The translations under genes and the position numbers were made by a program. A model generated the notes under the pieces. That model saw only the letters and a list, made by a program, of their open reading frames with translations. It was not told the origin of the DNA and ran no database searches. From the human T2T-CHM13v2.0 reference genome, Homo sapiens, in the NCBI RefSeq assembly GCF_009914755.1, contig NC_060932.1: a DNA stretch of 64,000 bases; one strand, written 5' to 3'. Every line of letters starts with the position of its first letter. Position 1 is the first letter of the stretch. Positions 10,571 to 25,139 of this stretch are shown here, piece by piece.

Positions 10571-11859
10571 ATTAACGATCCTCATCTATTCCTCTATCAG
10601 TAAAATGCATCCTGGCTTCCACCTTATTGCTCACTCCATTGTTCACACTGGATTTAAACTCTAAACCCTACTCAAGTCCTTTAGTAAATCGTTCCTGGGC
10701 CATTCTAGCTCACAGAAATTTATATCACTGATGATCTCTTTAAGTAGCATTTCATGTGTTATAATAGAAATTGACTTTTGCTTTAAAATGCTACTTAATT
10801 ATACTCTTTTTCCACGGCAAAAAAATTAATAAAAATAAAATGTGGCTCAAATATTTAATTTGCTCAAATATTTTATCAGCTCCTTTAGAGCAGATCTTAT
10901 CACTTACTTATCTCTGCATCTGCCATAGTTTTTAGCACAACATTGGAACATAGAGGAGGCAAAGTTGGTGATTATGGACGGCACTTGGTTTGAAATTTGA
11001 CTCATGCAAATTAAGAATTCTCCCCACTGCCTTGAAAAGGCTAAAGGCCTTTGCTGTTTTTGCCCAATACCTAGCAGGTTGGTCCTGATCACATTCTTCT
11101 CCTTTTTTCCCCTCTGTCTTAGTTTCTACTCCTTAGGATCCTCCTCCTCTCCTTGATCCCCATGTCCCAGCCCTGAAGAGAGTGAGCCAGTGAGAATGAC
11201 ACCCTCCTGCCATCTTGACAATGATCTTAACCAAGCCTGGTCACAGTCACAAGTCTTGACCTCAAGACTCCCTTCCCACCCAACGGAAGCCCCCCACCAT
11301 TCCATTGAAAGCCACTGCACAAGTTTTTCCTGGTCAGGAAGTCCAACTGGCTTTCTCTCCTGGTTTCCTTATTTTTGCACCATGTTCTCAAATCTGGAGA
11401 CCCCTCTTTTCATGATTCCTTCAAATGGTCAGCTCTGTGGGAATCCCTGCCTGGCTCTGGTTTCTCAAGGTGCTGCTACTCCCTGGCATCATCCCTTCAG
11501 CTTCTCGCGCTGAGCTCACAAACAAGTGATCCTCACCCTGGTACCAGATCCTCTTCCTAGACACCCTGCTTGTCACAGAGGTAGATCTGGACAAGACTTC
11601 TCATTAAACTACTTGACTGAGCAACAGAATTCAGATTGTGTTCTCATGTCACCACCTTGCTTCTACTCAGGGACACCAAGGAGTGAACGGCTGGTGCCCA
11701 GCATCTCATCTCATCTCAGGGATACCTTTGGAAGACCCATCTTGTTTCAAAGATATGGAAAACACTCGATTTCCTTTTTACCTCCAATTTCCCCTTTCCC
11801 TGAGTACTTTTTAAACCCTCAGTTCCTTTACATCTGGCTTAAAAGCAATCCCATTTAGC

Positions 11860-12068
11860 CCTACAGAGCTTTTAACTTTTCAAAACATTTTCATACTTTT
11901 AATCTCATTTGATCCTTACAATATCCCTGCGAGGTAGGTAGAACAGTCATTATTAGACCCATTTGAATAATGAGCAAAAGAGACCCAGGGAGATGAATGT
12001 CTTGCTCCATGTCCCCTGAGAAGGGACCTTTGTCTCCTGACTTCTGGGTCAGTGTTTTTTCATTATTC
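11860..12068 (-). mobile_element. MIR
   Basis: atctcatttgatccttacaatatccctgcgaggtaggt...attattagacccattt... Confidence 0.7.
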
Positions 12069-13132
12069 TAGGGAACTAAGTGACTTGGCCATCCTCATTT
12101 CAAGCTCTCTAGTGTCCTGGCTCCATCCAGCAGGAAAGGGAGGGGAGGATGTGTGGGGACAGGACTGGGGGTGGTGCAGCAAGGAAGAAGGTTCGTAAGG
12201 GGAAAGTGCTTACGTGGCTTACATATCAATGGCTACTCATTAGCAAGGAGAGGTCAGGGCACCTGCCGATAATGATGTCTGCATTATGGTAGTTAATGGA
12301 AATGGTGCAGTACCTGCCCCATCAAAAACTAATCTGCCCAAGAGACACCCAGGCCCAGCATAGCAAGAATGAGATCCCCGCTGGGGATAGCTCCTGGAAC
12401 TGAATCCAAAGCCATTAGTATCAGAAGGCCTCGGCCATGCATCTAGTGGGCCCTGCTGATTCAGACGGTGCAAAGACTACAGCCATTAGTGGGGCCAGGC
12501 AGGGACTGGAAAAGCAGCCCTGGAGACTGGAGACTTAGATTCATCTATATGCCTAGAAGGATGCTGAGATGCTTGTAAGGAGGGGCTGAGGAAGAAGGAA
12601 TGGAGGGTCTTCACTGCCCCCAGTTCCATGGGGGTCTTGGCATGAACACTCTACCCATTTTTTAAAACACAGCCAAGTAGTTTGTTCCTCTCCAAACTTT
12701 GTCCCAAACACAACCATGCCCGGGTCTTACCCATGGCATCATGAAGGGCTGTTTCCCTGTTGCTTGTCTAGCTTCCTCCAGGGAGGCCAGGGTGAGTGGC
12801 TCAGCCTCCAGGCCTTGCAGAGCCACCAACAGCAACGTACCTAGTAGCCATGTCTGAGACAAAACAGGAAGGTTGCTGTGGTACCCCGCACTGCAGCACT
12901 GTAAGCACTGGGCCAGAACTTCGGGCACCTGTGGGGCGGTGGGGGAGTGGGAGGGGCGGTTGCTAAACCTGTCTCTCCATTGGCCAATGTGTGGCCTTAG
13001 CAGAGGCTCTTCCCTCATGCATGACTGTTTTATCTGACAATGGAGGTACCAATGGCTGCTCATTGGGTGGCCATGAGGACTTGATTTCATTTTGGAAAAG
13101 AGGGAACAAGGGAGGTTTTAAAAGTAGAGAGA

Positions 13133-13608
<476 letters not shown>

Positions 13609-14204
13609 TCAGGCAGGGCACAGGGTCCAGTCATTAAAGGGGCCAAATATGCAAAAGAGAAAGCCCCTCAGGGCCTCTGCATACACTTACAGCCTGGCCC
13701 TCCAGGTGGCCTCACAGACCATCCTGTGCAGGTAACATTTTATTACTCTTCTCTTCCTCTGGCCCTGCCCTTCCCACAGTAACAGGTTCTTTCTGACTCA
13801 TGGCAGCCATAGCATCAACATCCAGCCCTCTAGCTTCCTCCTGCTTGTGTTTTTTTTTTCTTCCAAAGGCCTGTCTCTCACTCGTCCATGTTTCCTTAGG
13901 GTCCACAGGTAGTTCCGATTGAAAGGTCTCAGCAAAATTCAGCAAGCCCCTGGCTTTTTATAGAGGAAGAAAATAAAGCCCGGAGAGGAGAAGCTGCACT
14001 CAGAGCCAATTAGCAATGAATTCCAGAGTAGAATCTCATTCTTCTAAAGTCAGGAGGCCTCATGTAGAACCAAGAGACGAAATAGAGAAGATGAGATCAT
14101 ATGACCTCTCAGTCCAGCCAGATCTCTGGACCTAAGCTATCAGATGACCCGTATGACCTTACAGATGTAGTTTACTTATTTTATTCGACAAGAAGATCCA
14201 GATT

Positions 14205-14405
14205 GATGCTGTCCTGTATGGTAGCCACCATATGACATTTCAATTGCATGTGTCATTTCAGTTATAATTAAATCAAATTTAAAATTTAGTTCATCAATCT
14301 CATTAATCCCACTTTAAGTGATTGCAGGGTGCAGTGGCCACCATGTTGGAGAGTGCAGATACAGAACATTCCATTAATCAGGGAAGGTTCTATTGGACAG
14401 TGCTG
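14205..14405 (-). mobile_element. MER3 (hAT-Charlie MITE)
   Basis: Ends tgctgtcc...ggtagccac and ggttctattggacagtgctg, with an AT-rich centre. Confidence 0.8.
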
Positions 14406-14959
14406 GTATAGGGCCGGGATTCGTTATCTCATTTTTCAGATGGAAAAACTAAGGCTTAGAGAAGGAAGAAGACAATAACTTGTCTGATTCCTGTAGTCAG
14501 TAACAAGAGGGACTTTACTTTTTGTTACATCAATTTCTATACCTTTGCCTATAAAAGGCAACAACTGCATCCCATTTTGAGGTCCTTGGAAGTGGTGGCT
14601 CCTGAATTTCTGCAACAAGTGGCTTAGAGAAAACAGCCTGATTGGAATGAGGGTTCTTGACACTGTTTCCATTTTACTTCATGTAAGATTGAGAAAATGT
14701 TGCCTGTTCATATCAAAGATTGGAACAGACTAGATAGAGATGTAGGAGTTTGGCTGAAGCCATCCTTCATGACATCCCCCTCTGTAAGCTGCCTTTCTCT
14801 TCGTTTTTATACAATAAAGATAACATTTATAGAGGCTTACTTCTCCTTCCCCCCAAATGATAAAAATAAACAACTTTGCTTAGTACAGTAAAAATTGTCT
14901 TACCTTGTTTGGTAGAAATTATCCAATTTTGACCATATCAGTAAAAGCAAATACATACT

Positions 14960-15230
14960 ATGCCTTTATTAATAGAAGTCTAGTATTAAAGGAGAGCAGT
15001 TAAAACCTAGATCTACAATAAATGGCCAGACTACATCTGTGTTATTCATGGGAACTTGTTTGAGAAGGACTACAGATAAGTAAATGCATATCGTAAATTA
15101 TGTCATGAGGCCTGGAACAAGAGAATGGATATGTTTAACATAAAGGAAGACTCAAACAGAATATATATGGTCATTTCTAAATATCTGAAGAGTTGTTGAT
15201 TGAAAAAAATACGTTTGTTATGTGTTTGCT
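14960..15230 (+). mobile_element. L3/CR1 fragment
   Basis: gaatggatatgtttaacataaaggaagact...tttctaaatatctgaagagttgt resembles the CR1/L3 RT C-terminal region. Confidence 0.6.
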
Positions 15231-15267
15231 TATTGGGTGGAACACTGGCTTATTTTCAGCATTTTCA

Positions 15268-15636
<369 letters not shown>

Positions 15637-15669
15637 TCACTGGGAACTACATGTTAAAGAGAAGCTGAT

Positions 15670-15670
<1 letters not shown>

Positions 15671-15712
<42 letters not shown>
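15671..15712. repeat. (TCA)n trinucleotide microsatellite, about 14 units
   Basis: Read directly. Confidence 0.95.
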
Positions 15713-16929
15713 CCAAGGTCAGTAGGTCCACCTGCTCTAGACCACGTTTTCAAGTAGTGTTTCCTAGAGCCACTGAGGGGGCTGAGCCAGAAGATCTCAC
15801 AGCTGCCTCTCCATATCAAAGCATTTTCATGAGGCTGGGAGATATCAAAGAAGCAGTGTTATAACAAGCATAAGAGCCTTGAACCAGTAATTGTTTCTCC
15901 TGAAAAGTCTCCCAAATTATCACAGGAATGAGACATTAATAGACAGTTCTAATCTGGTTACCCAGAAAGAGAGCAGCTATCCAACATCACTTTGTGTTCA
16001 TTATGTTATGTTATGTTGTCATATTAATGTTGGTTTGTAATTCCCTCCCTCTTCTATATTATTGTTTTCTCTTCTTGGCTTTTAGGCTGAGTATCACCCT
16101 CTCAGGGGTTATTTTGCCTTATGGAATCTTTGCCTTTGTGGGGAATCTCAGAGATCATGCAATGCAAAGCATAAATGATCTGTGTCCACTGACAAGCCAG
16201 CTCTTATGACTTCCCAAAAATTGTTAGCTGGTAAGCTAACAATTTATCTATTCTCCTTTTAAGAAACAGGGTCCCTGGAAAACCATAAGGGCACCTAAAG
16301 TTGCCAAAAAGGAATGAATATATTTGAGCAGAATAGAATGATGAGTAATTTTGAATTTCACTCAGTACATGACCACTCATGATATTCCCTTAAAAATCAA
16401 CCAATAATCAGAGAGTGTAATCACCATTTTTATGGGGTAGTTTGAGCTCTAATCTCATATATTAACTGGCATATTGGATCATTGCTGGAGACTGCATTAG
16501 AAGACCGTTCTTCCAGTTGGTTTTGGGCAAAGACAATGAGGTTTCCCTGAAACTGTATGTAACTAAACTACTTGAATAAAGTACAAGACTCTCACCATGT
16601 AATACAATCCCTAGTAGAAGTTTAAAGCCATTGTAATGTTCTCCAAATTTAGCAAAGAGGTGGAGTCTATACCTGTCTCCTTCTACACAGTGTGGTTAGA
16701 AATCTGAAATGCAGAAGTGTTTCTACAACATAATCCATCAACCCCTGAGATGAATCTACATTCATAACCTGAAGAGCTATTTTGAAGAGTATCTGTATCA
16801 CATAAGTTAACAAGTTTAATAAAACTTGTGTTTTATTAAATGTATATTTCCATTACCTACCGTACTATGTGTTCAAGTAACCATCCTTCCCCTGCAGTTT
16901 CTGCTAAATTGAGAGTTCTCTGTGTTCCT

Positions 16930-17328
16930 CAAGTTCTATTCTTTTCCTACTGGGCACATAGCTAGACCTCATTTCCCAGTCTCTGCTGTGACTGAGTCTG
17001 GCCTGTAGAACGTGGGCAGATCAAATGGATGTAACCTCCAGGCCTGGCTATGAAACACTCTGCACATCTCATCACACTTTTTCTTCACCCCCATCTGCTG
17101 GTTGGATATGAGCAAACAGCAGAGGACTACAAGAGATGGAAAGGTCACAAATTGCAAGGATTCTGGGTCCCTGAATCACTGCATGGAGGAGAGCCACCCA
17201 GGAGAACTGCTTGACCAGAAACACTTAAAATGGAGTATTTCATAAAATGGAAATAAAATTGTACAGTGTTAAGTCAGTGACCTTTGAAATTGTTTGTTAT
17301 AGCAGTTAGCCTACCCTTGACTAATACA
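16930..17328 (+). mobile_element. MLT1I/J-like MaLR LTR
   Basis: ctgggtccctgaatcactgcatggagga...gaaataaa...tgtttgttatagcagttagc...tgactaataca terminus. Confidence 0.75.
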
Positions 17329-17713
17329 TTATTTCACATAAATTACAGTGTCTATATCTAGATTGCAGTTTACACAAAATGCTAGAAATCAGAGGATACA
17401 TGTCTATGGAATGCATACAATAACATACTTTGCTATAACATACTGGAAGTGGGATGGGTACAGCAGAAAGATTTTCTGGTTCTGTGGAATTTGGCCAGTT
17501 GAGCTAATGCTAACTAGAGGTCAGACTCTAACTGAAGCACAAATGGGAGAGGTTTTGAGGCCAGGTGGCTGCAGAAAGGGTTTTTACCCAGGTTTCCTCT
17601 GGCTGTGTTATGAGGGTTATCAGAGATGAACAAACTTGTTCATGATAGAAAAGACCATATTCAGGGAAACAACAGTGTGAGTCAAATCTGAAGACAAATT
17701 TAAATCAGCAATG

Positions 17714-18011
<298 letters not shown>

Positions 18012-18484
18012 TCAGCAATGAAGCTGATGACTGTGTTGAGATCAGCAATCAGTCCTAGTCAGGCATATTGAGGGTAGGATGGGCTGGCTGCCAGGAGTAA
18101 GTTGAAGTAAATGGTTCAAGGTTGAGGCTATAGATGGCACATATATGTTGGAGATTTATGGTTCTGGTTTCATCTGGAGCCAGTCAACCTGGTGGCTTTG
18201 AGGTAGGCTGTTTATGAGCCAAACAAGAAATAATCCTAGTTAAATATCACTTATGCTATGAGACTTATTTTCAGTATGCTTTTAAATAAAAAATTTTGAA
18301 ATGCTTCATCAATTGATATAAAATTATTTACATCTTTGGGCCAAAGAAGCACATTATCCACTGAAAAAAAATGTGTCACAGATAAGAAATCCACCTTAAA
18401 GAAGATATTCTAGAGAACGAATTCTAGAATGTATATTAGATGTTCTAGGGAAAGAAGAATTTTAGAAGGTATACTATAAAACAT

Positions 18485-18660
18485 ACTGGCCAAAAAGAGT
18501 TGGAAGCTCTGGGGTTGAATTTTAATTTGGCTACTAACGTGCAGTGTAACCTTGGGCAAATCACTCTTATTTGTTTCAGTTTCTTCATCTGTAAAACAAG
18601 GGCATTACACCCAAGGACAAATCACAAGTCATTTCCAACTCTGACGTTCTATGAGTCTAA
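18485..18660 (+). mobile_element. MIR3/MIRc
   Basis: accttgggcaaatcact...cagtttcttcatctgtaaaa...ttccaactctgacgttctatgagtcta. Confidence 0.75.
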
Positions 18661-20499
18661 GATATTATCTTTCCTAAGTGTGTTTCTGTGATGCTACAGA
18701 GGTGAAGGGAAGGGTGCCTGCCTTTCTACAGAAGACTGGACCCTGACTACAAATTTTGGTTGACTCTGGGCACAGATTGTCACTCATTAGAGAGTGCCCC
18801 TGGTTCCAGTGATCTAGACAGTTCAGCCCTACTGTGCAAAGGGGACTCACACAGCAGGTGCCTCAGACAGTTTCTCCTGAAGCACATACATCAGAGAAAA
18901 GATCGCAGGCTTTAGAGGTAGACAGAACTGGCTGTGGATGTCCTTCCCTCCTCACCTCTTAGAATCGTGGACAAGTAATTCAACCTCTGTGATGCCTTAG
19001 GGTTCTCATGTGTCAAATGGGGATATAACCAAAGTCTCTCAGCATTTGAGAGCAACACAAACCACATCCATGTTCTGACTGTCTTGGTTAATTAAGCAAA
19101 TGAAAAAACGTTGAAAAAGTTTAACAAAAATCAGACCATATTTTATATATCTACATTGAATAAAGTAATATTTCAATTACATAACACACAGGTAGAATAT
19201 CATTTAGCAACACTGAGGCCTGTTATGAAAGTGACGGTCAGATCCAGTGGCTCCTTTCCCCTTTAAACTCCTACCTATCTGTGTTATGTCCTCCTCTGCT
19301 GCACATCTTCTGTGTGGTAAAGGATTCAATGAGAAAATGTTTGTAAAGTGCCTGGCTTGACATGGCAAGTAGGCACTCAATAAATAGTAGCTATTACACT
19401 GATGATGTATGGGCAATCCTGAAGTTCAGCAAGCCCTTGCAAGCACCTGTAAGTCACCCTGGGGAGTGTGGCATAGACTGAGTATTTGCCTGGTGCAAAC
19501 CCCTTCTTGAGTCTCCATCCCACTCTCCTTTTAATCCTCCTGGCAGCCATAAAGTGTCCTTAGACGCAGCCTCTCTGAGTGCAGATCTCTGGCTCCTTGG
19601 CTCTGGAGCCAGCCTCCACCTGCAGGGCCACTTGAGTCTTTAGGAAAGTATGCTAAGGATCCCTTCTGCTTCTCGGCATTTATTTACTGTGGATTATTTA
19701 TTGTGGAAATATGAGATGGATGGTTAGGGAAGGAGAGAACAAACAAACTTACCTTCCTCACTTGCCTTAACGTGTTTGAGTTCCTACTTGTATGCACTGA
19801 AATATCTATAATTTACTTTTCAGTTTTGCAATGTTTATGGCTTTTATGTCATTTGAAGGTTATTTATAACAATTATATAAGGAAGCAAAGTACCATAAAC
19901 TGAAGTAATTTACTGTAAAATATCTGAAATGCTAAAATATCAAATGGTGCATTACAGTAGTGCTAGCATCGCTCTTGGAAAAAGGAAAAGAAAAAAAAGT
20001 CTAAAAATATAGCCTCTACCCCATCAGCCAGTCTGTTACATTCATCTTGCAGATTTATACACTAAAGAGCAACTGGCAAGTATTAATTTAATTGCTTTGA
20101 GGGAGGGGTTGAAGTTGAGAGAATATGGCTCCCCTATCCAGTGCTTATAAACTTAGATGGATTATCTTGGAGCAAAGGGATACAAAGGTGAAGTCAAGCA
20201 CTATGGGCGTCAAGCTGGCCATGACCCTCTGCTCCTTCTGCTAAATCCTGACGTCCTGAATCCATATGACAGGCATCATATCGCTGGTAGCAGGGAGAGA
20301 ATTAGGGAGCAATGAGCCTGTGTCTAGTTTCTAGTTCTAGAAAGCCAATTAAGTAACTTGAGGACATCAGGTCAGTGAGTGATTCAAGTCTGGCCGGTGG
20401 TCACTCCAGGAAAAGGCAGAAGCCTCTCCAACCAGGAGAAAGGCCTTTAGTCCTTCTCAAGCCTATGTCCTAATAAAATGACATTTTTTCTCATCCCTC

Positions 20500-20605
20500 C
20501 TTTCATTCATTGATTCAACAAATGTTGAATACCTACTACGGGTCAGGTTTTGGAAACACAATGGTGAGCAAGACAGCAGGATCCTTCATGGAACTGAAAA
20601 TCTGG
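20500..20605 (-). mobile_element. L2 3' fragment
   Basis: ttcattcattgattcaacaaatgttgaatacctact... Confidence 0.65.
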
Positions 20606-21379
20606 AGCCTCAATATTAAGAACTATGGACATATGTTCACTGTAAATCTGATAATCCTACAGATTCTAGTCTGAGCGCAGAGGGAGTTAGCTTATTAAAG
20701 TACCCAAGGAGGTGATGCCTGGTTGTGGGAATATGGAAAAGAGTGCTGCTTCTAGAACATGGCAGTGTGGCTTGCTTTCTGATTGTTGCTGGAGATCTGG
20801 GTTGGTGACGAAAGATCACTCCTCAGACAGCTGCCCCCTTACTTTGCTTCATCTGTGGAAAGAAAACAGAGTTGTTGCTGGGAGGGAGTAGTCATGCAAT
20901 TCTCTGCCAAAAGTAAAACTGCTTTGTGGGCATTTATCAACCTGAACTAGCCACAAGAGACTTGAATTTCACGTTAGTCTCCTCCAAGTGAACCAGAGCA
21001 TGTGGGCTCTAGCGATTATCTCTCGGTTGTAAACCCCTTGCTGGAAATATGGGGGTGGTAGAGACATGGAGATTTTCCCTGTTTCTCAAACAGGAGGGTA
21101 GGAAGGAGACAGGGAGGCTTGGCACTATACACAGGCGACTTAGACTCCTTTCTACTAATCATCATTTGGTGAATGATGAGGAAGGCAGCTCCTCTGCCCC
21201 TAAATCTTTCCCTTTTCTCTTGTGCTATGATTCCCCCAAATTATCCCTTATCTCTGCATTCCATGAAGTCAGTTTTAGCTCCTCCCTATAGGGCCTCTTG
21301 GTGTTTGTTTGTTTTAAACATAAAAACTGCATTAATAAATTTTAAAAAATAATTTTAATAAAATATTTAAGCATATTTA

Positions 21380-21718
21380 AATAAGTAAAAGATATTTATT
21401 ACAGTTTATATCTAAAAAAGAGCATACATGAAAATGGGTTGATGAATTACCACAAAGTTAACACACCCGTTTAAGTACCACTCACATAAAAATAAATAGA
21501 ACATTTCCAGCCCTCCTTCAGACCCCTCATGCTCCCTTCAAATCATAACCCCACTTCCTTTCCATAGATCATTACTGTCACAATAATAGTAGAGGACGTA
21601 CCTTTTTGCTTGGTTTCACTGATTCAAGATTATGTTTCAAAATTGTGGTTGCTTGTAATAGTAGTTTACTCATTTTCATTGCTGTATAATATTTCATTGT
21701 AAGATCATACCACAATCT
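21380..21718 (-). mobile_element. Old L1 (L1M) 3' fragment
   Basis: gatgaattaccacaaagttaacacacc...tagaacatttccagc...ttcattgctgtataatatttcattgt. Confidence 0.6.
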
Positions 21719-21724
21719 TCTTTT

Positions 21725-22070
21725 CTCCTCAGGAAAAGCTGATTTATTACTCAAAGATAGGCATCAAGGATAAACAGAAGCTTAAGATCCATGGTAAGCT
21801 ACTCCCTCAAGGCCTAGGAAAGTGCCCAAGGTGGGTGGAATCTTGTCTGCATGTACTTCACAATGGACCATAGCTGAGTTACCCTAAAAGTACTTTGTCC
21901 TGGGTTTTGTATACCCTGGGCACCAATTGTCTCAATGAGAACAAATGTTTCAGAACAAGGACATAGCTTAGATTGTTTCAGACACTTCCTCCTTATCTCA
22001 GGATGTTAAATTCTTAGTACATTCTTCAAGGAGATGTGGGAAGAACTGGGTTGGCCAAGGTCATCCTCGG
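21725..22070 (-). mobile_element. Probable ERV LTR fragment (family not assigned)
   Basis: Minus-strand TATA-like TATACAAAA followed by AATAAA in an LTR-like arrangement, between L1 and L2 relics. Confidence 0.4.
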
Positions 22071-22129
22071 GATGGAAAGGCCGAGGGGACCTTTCCTCCT
22101 ATAACCTCTTTACCTCCAGTTTTTCTCCT

Positions 22130-22800
22130 TAACTCAGTTGCGTCAGGCTTTTGGCCCTACCACATTACTGAAACAGTTCTTTTTAAGCCTACCAGTTGCC
22201 AAACCAATGGCCACCTTTTTGTCTCCACTTATTCTCTCAGGAGCACTCAACACAGTTGGTCATTCCTTTTCTTGAAATGCTTTCTTCATTTGGCTTCTGT
22301 TGAACTTTAGTCTTGATGTCCTTCCTCCTTCAGTGGCTGCCTTCTCATTGTTTCCTTTGCTGGCTGAGTTGCCTTCTTGCATCTTTAAATGTTGGGGTTT
22401 CCCAGGGCTCAGTACTGTGGAAAACTTCTCCTACTATCCTTATTTCCCAGATGATCTCATTCAGACCCAGGGCTTTGAATTGTATCCATGTATTCATGAC
22501 CCCAAAATTTATTCAGGTGGGGACTCCTCCAAATTACAGACTTGTGTATCTAGCTGCCTGCATTTTAATTCCACCTGGATGCCTAATAGGCATGCCAAAC
22601 TGAGCTTGTCCAAAACAGACCTCTTGATACACCTCCCGTGCAAAAACTTGTTCCAGCCCCAGTGTTACATCTCCCTAAATGGTACAACTGTTCACACGGT
22701 TGCTAAGGCTAATAATGTTAAAATAGCTGCTGCACTTAGAACAATACTTGGCACATAGATAGTTAACAATAAATGTTAGTTGAATGAATTAATAAAATTA
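22130..22800 (+). mobile_element. L2 (L2a-like) with RT remnant and 3' end
   Basis: ORF 22313 shows LNVGVSQGSVL (LINE RT motif GVPQGSVL); ends ttggcacatag...gttagttgaatgaat. Confidence 0.8.
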
Positions 22801-22889
22801 ATCTCATAAACCAGTTTCTACATGATGTGATGGAATGCAACCCTGAAGGATATAGAAGGTAGGAACAAACCTTCCTCCTACTCTAACAG

Positions 22890-23030
22890 CTAATATATGT
22901 ATGTATGTATATGTGTATACATATACACTCACCAATACCCACACATATATATACATACATACACATACACCCACATATACACACAAATATATACACATAT
23001 AGCTGTATATACACAGAGAGAGAGAGAGGA
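22890..23030. repeat. (TA/CA/GA)n compound microsatellite
   Basis: Read directly. Confidence 0.9.
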
Positions 23031-23559
23031 AAGGAGTGCTATGTGGGTGGAGATTAGCAACCACTGTCATTCTGTGGGTCATCTGCCAAGTCTGGGTATG
23101 GGCTGAGAATTGTTTTTTGCCATAGGCAGAGGGATTCAGCTAAAGAGATTAAAAAAGTAGTAGAACTTTTAACAGACTTGTGGGCTGATAGGAAGGATCA
23201 GAATTTGGAGGAGCCTCAAACTTGCAGTCATGTCTCACCTGGGTTTCTCCCCACTGGCTTTTCTTGAACACTGGAGTGGCATGGAGCATAACAGGCTGGG
23301 CTGGAAAGTCAGAGATAAATCTCCTGCAGTCTTTTGATTTATCAGAGACACAGTCTGGGTAGAGAAAAGTTCTCTACCAAAAGGGAAGAATCTGTTTTTC
23401 AAATTTTGTGCTATAGACTTACAGTTAGAACTGAATGAAACTAAACCCACAGCCCAGTACCAACTTAGCTCAATGTCTAATTGGTTTGAAGTGACTACTC
23501 TTCACCTGTATTCGTGACAAAAAAGAGCATGAACAACCTCACCTGGCTCTGACTGCTTT

Positions 23560-24385
23560 CAAGTTTTTCTTTTTATTGTCTTTTGACCAGGATGTGCCTA
23601 GGTATGGCTTTCTTGTTTTCATCCTGCTTGAGGTTTTCTGAGATTCTTGGATCTATGGGTTGTTGTCTGTCACTGCTTTTGAGAAATTATCAGCCATTAT
23701 CTCTTTGAACAGTTTTTTTTTCTGCCTCATTCTCTTGCTCTTTTTCTTCTGAGATTTTAATTACACAAATTTTATATTAGCTGACAATCTCCTATGTAAT
23801 TCTCATGCTTTTTTCTCTTCTTTCCATTATTTTTTTCTCTGTACTTTATTCAGTTGGATAGTTTCTTTTGTACTGTCTTTGAGTTTGCTATTCTTCTCTT
23901 CTACTGTGTTCATTCTACTGTCAAACCCATTCAAGGAATTATTTTAAGTCAAAGTGAAATATAAAAACTTAAAAATAATAATTTTGAAGTGTACAATTCA
24001 GTGTCATTTAGTCCCATCACAGTGTTGTCCAACCACCACCTCTAGTTCTAAAACATTTTCATCACTGCAAAAGTAAACCCCAATCCATTAACTACTCATT
24101 CCCTATTTCCTTCTACCCGTAGAGTTACCCTGACAACCACCAATCTGCCTTCTGTCTGTATAGATTTATCTATTTTGGGTATTTCATATAAGTGAAATAA
24201 AAAATAGATGACATTTTGTGCCTGGCTTCTTTCACTTAGCATAATGTTTTTGAGGTACAGCCATGTTGCATCATGTATTAGTACACTCACTATCTGGATC
24301 TCTAGACGGTCTACTTCCACTGACTGTTTTCCTCTTGATTACAGGTCATGTTCATTTTCCTGTTTCTTCATCTGTCTCATGATCT
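23560..24385 (-). mobile_element. Old L1 fragments (L1M with nested L1MB-like 3' end at about 23945-24285)
   Basis: tgaagtgtacaattcagtgtcatttagt...tttgtgcctggcttctttcacttagcataatgttttt. Confidence 0.75.
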
Positions 24386-24414
24386 TTTTTTTTTTTTTTT
24401 TTTTTTGCTTGTTT

Positions 24415-25107
<693 letters not shown>

Positions 25108-25139
25108 ATGCTAAAAATTGTATGTAAAATGACTACAGA

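Noticed and set aside
15637-15819. Poly-Asp ORF
   Set aside because: Product of the (TCA)n microsatellite.
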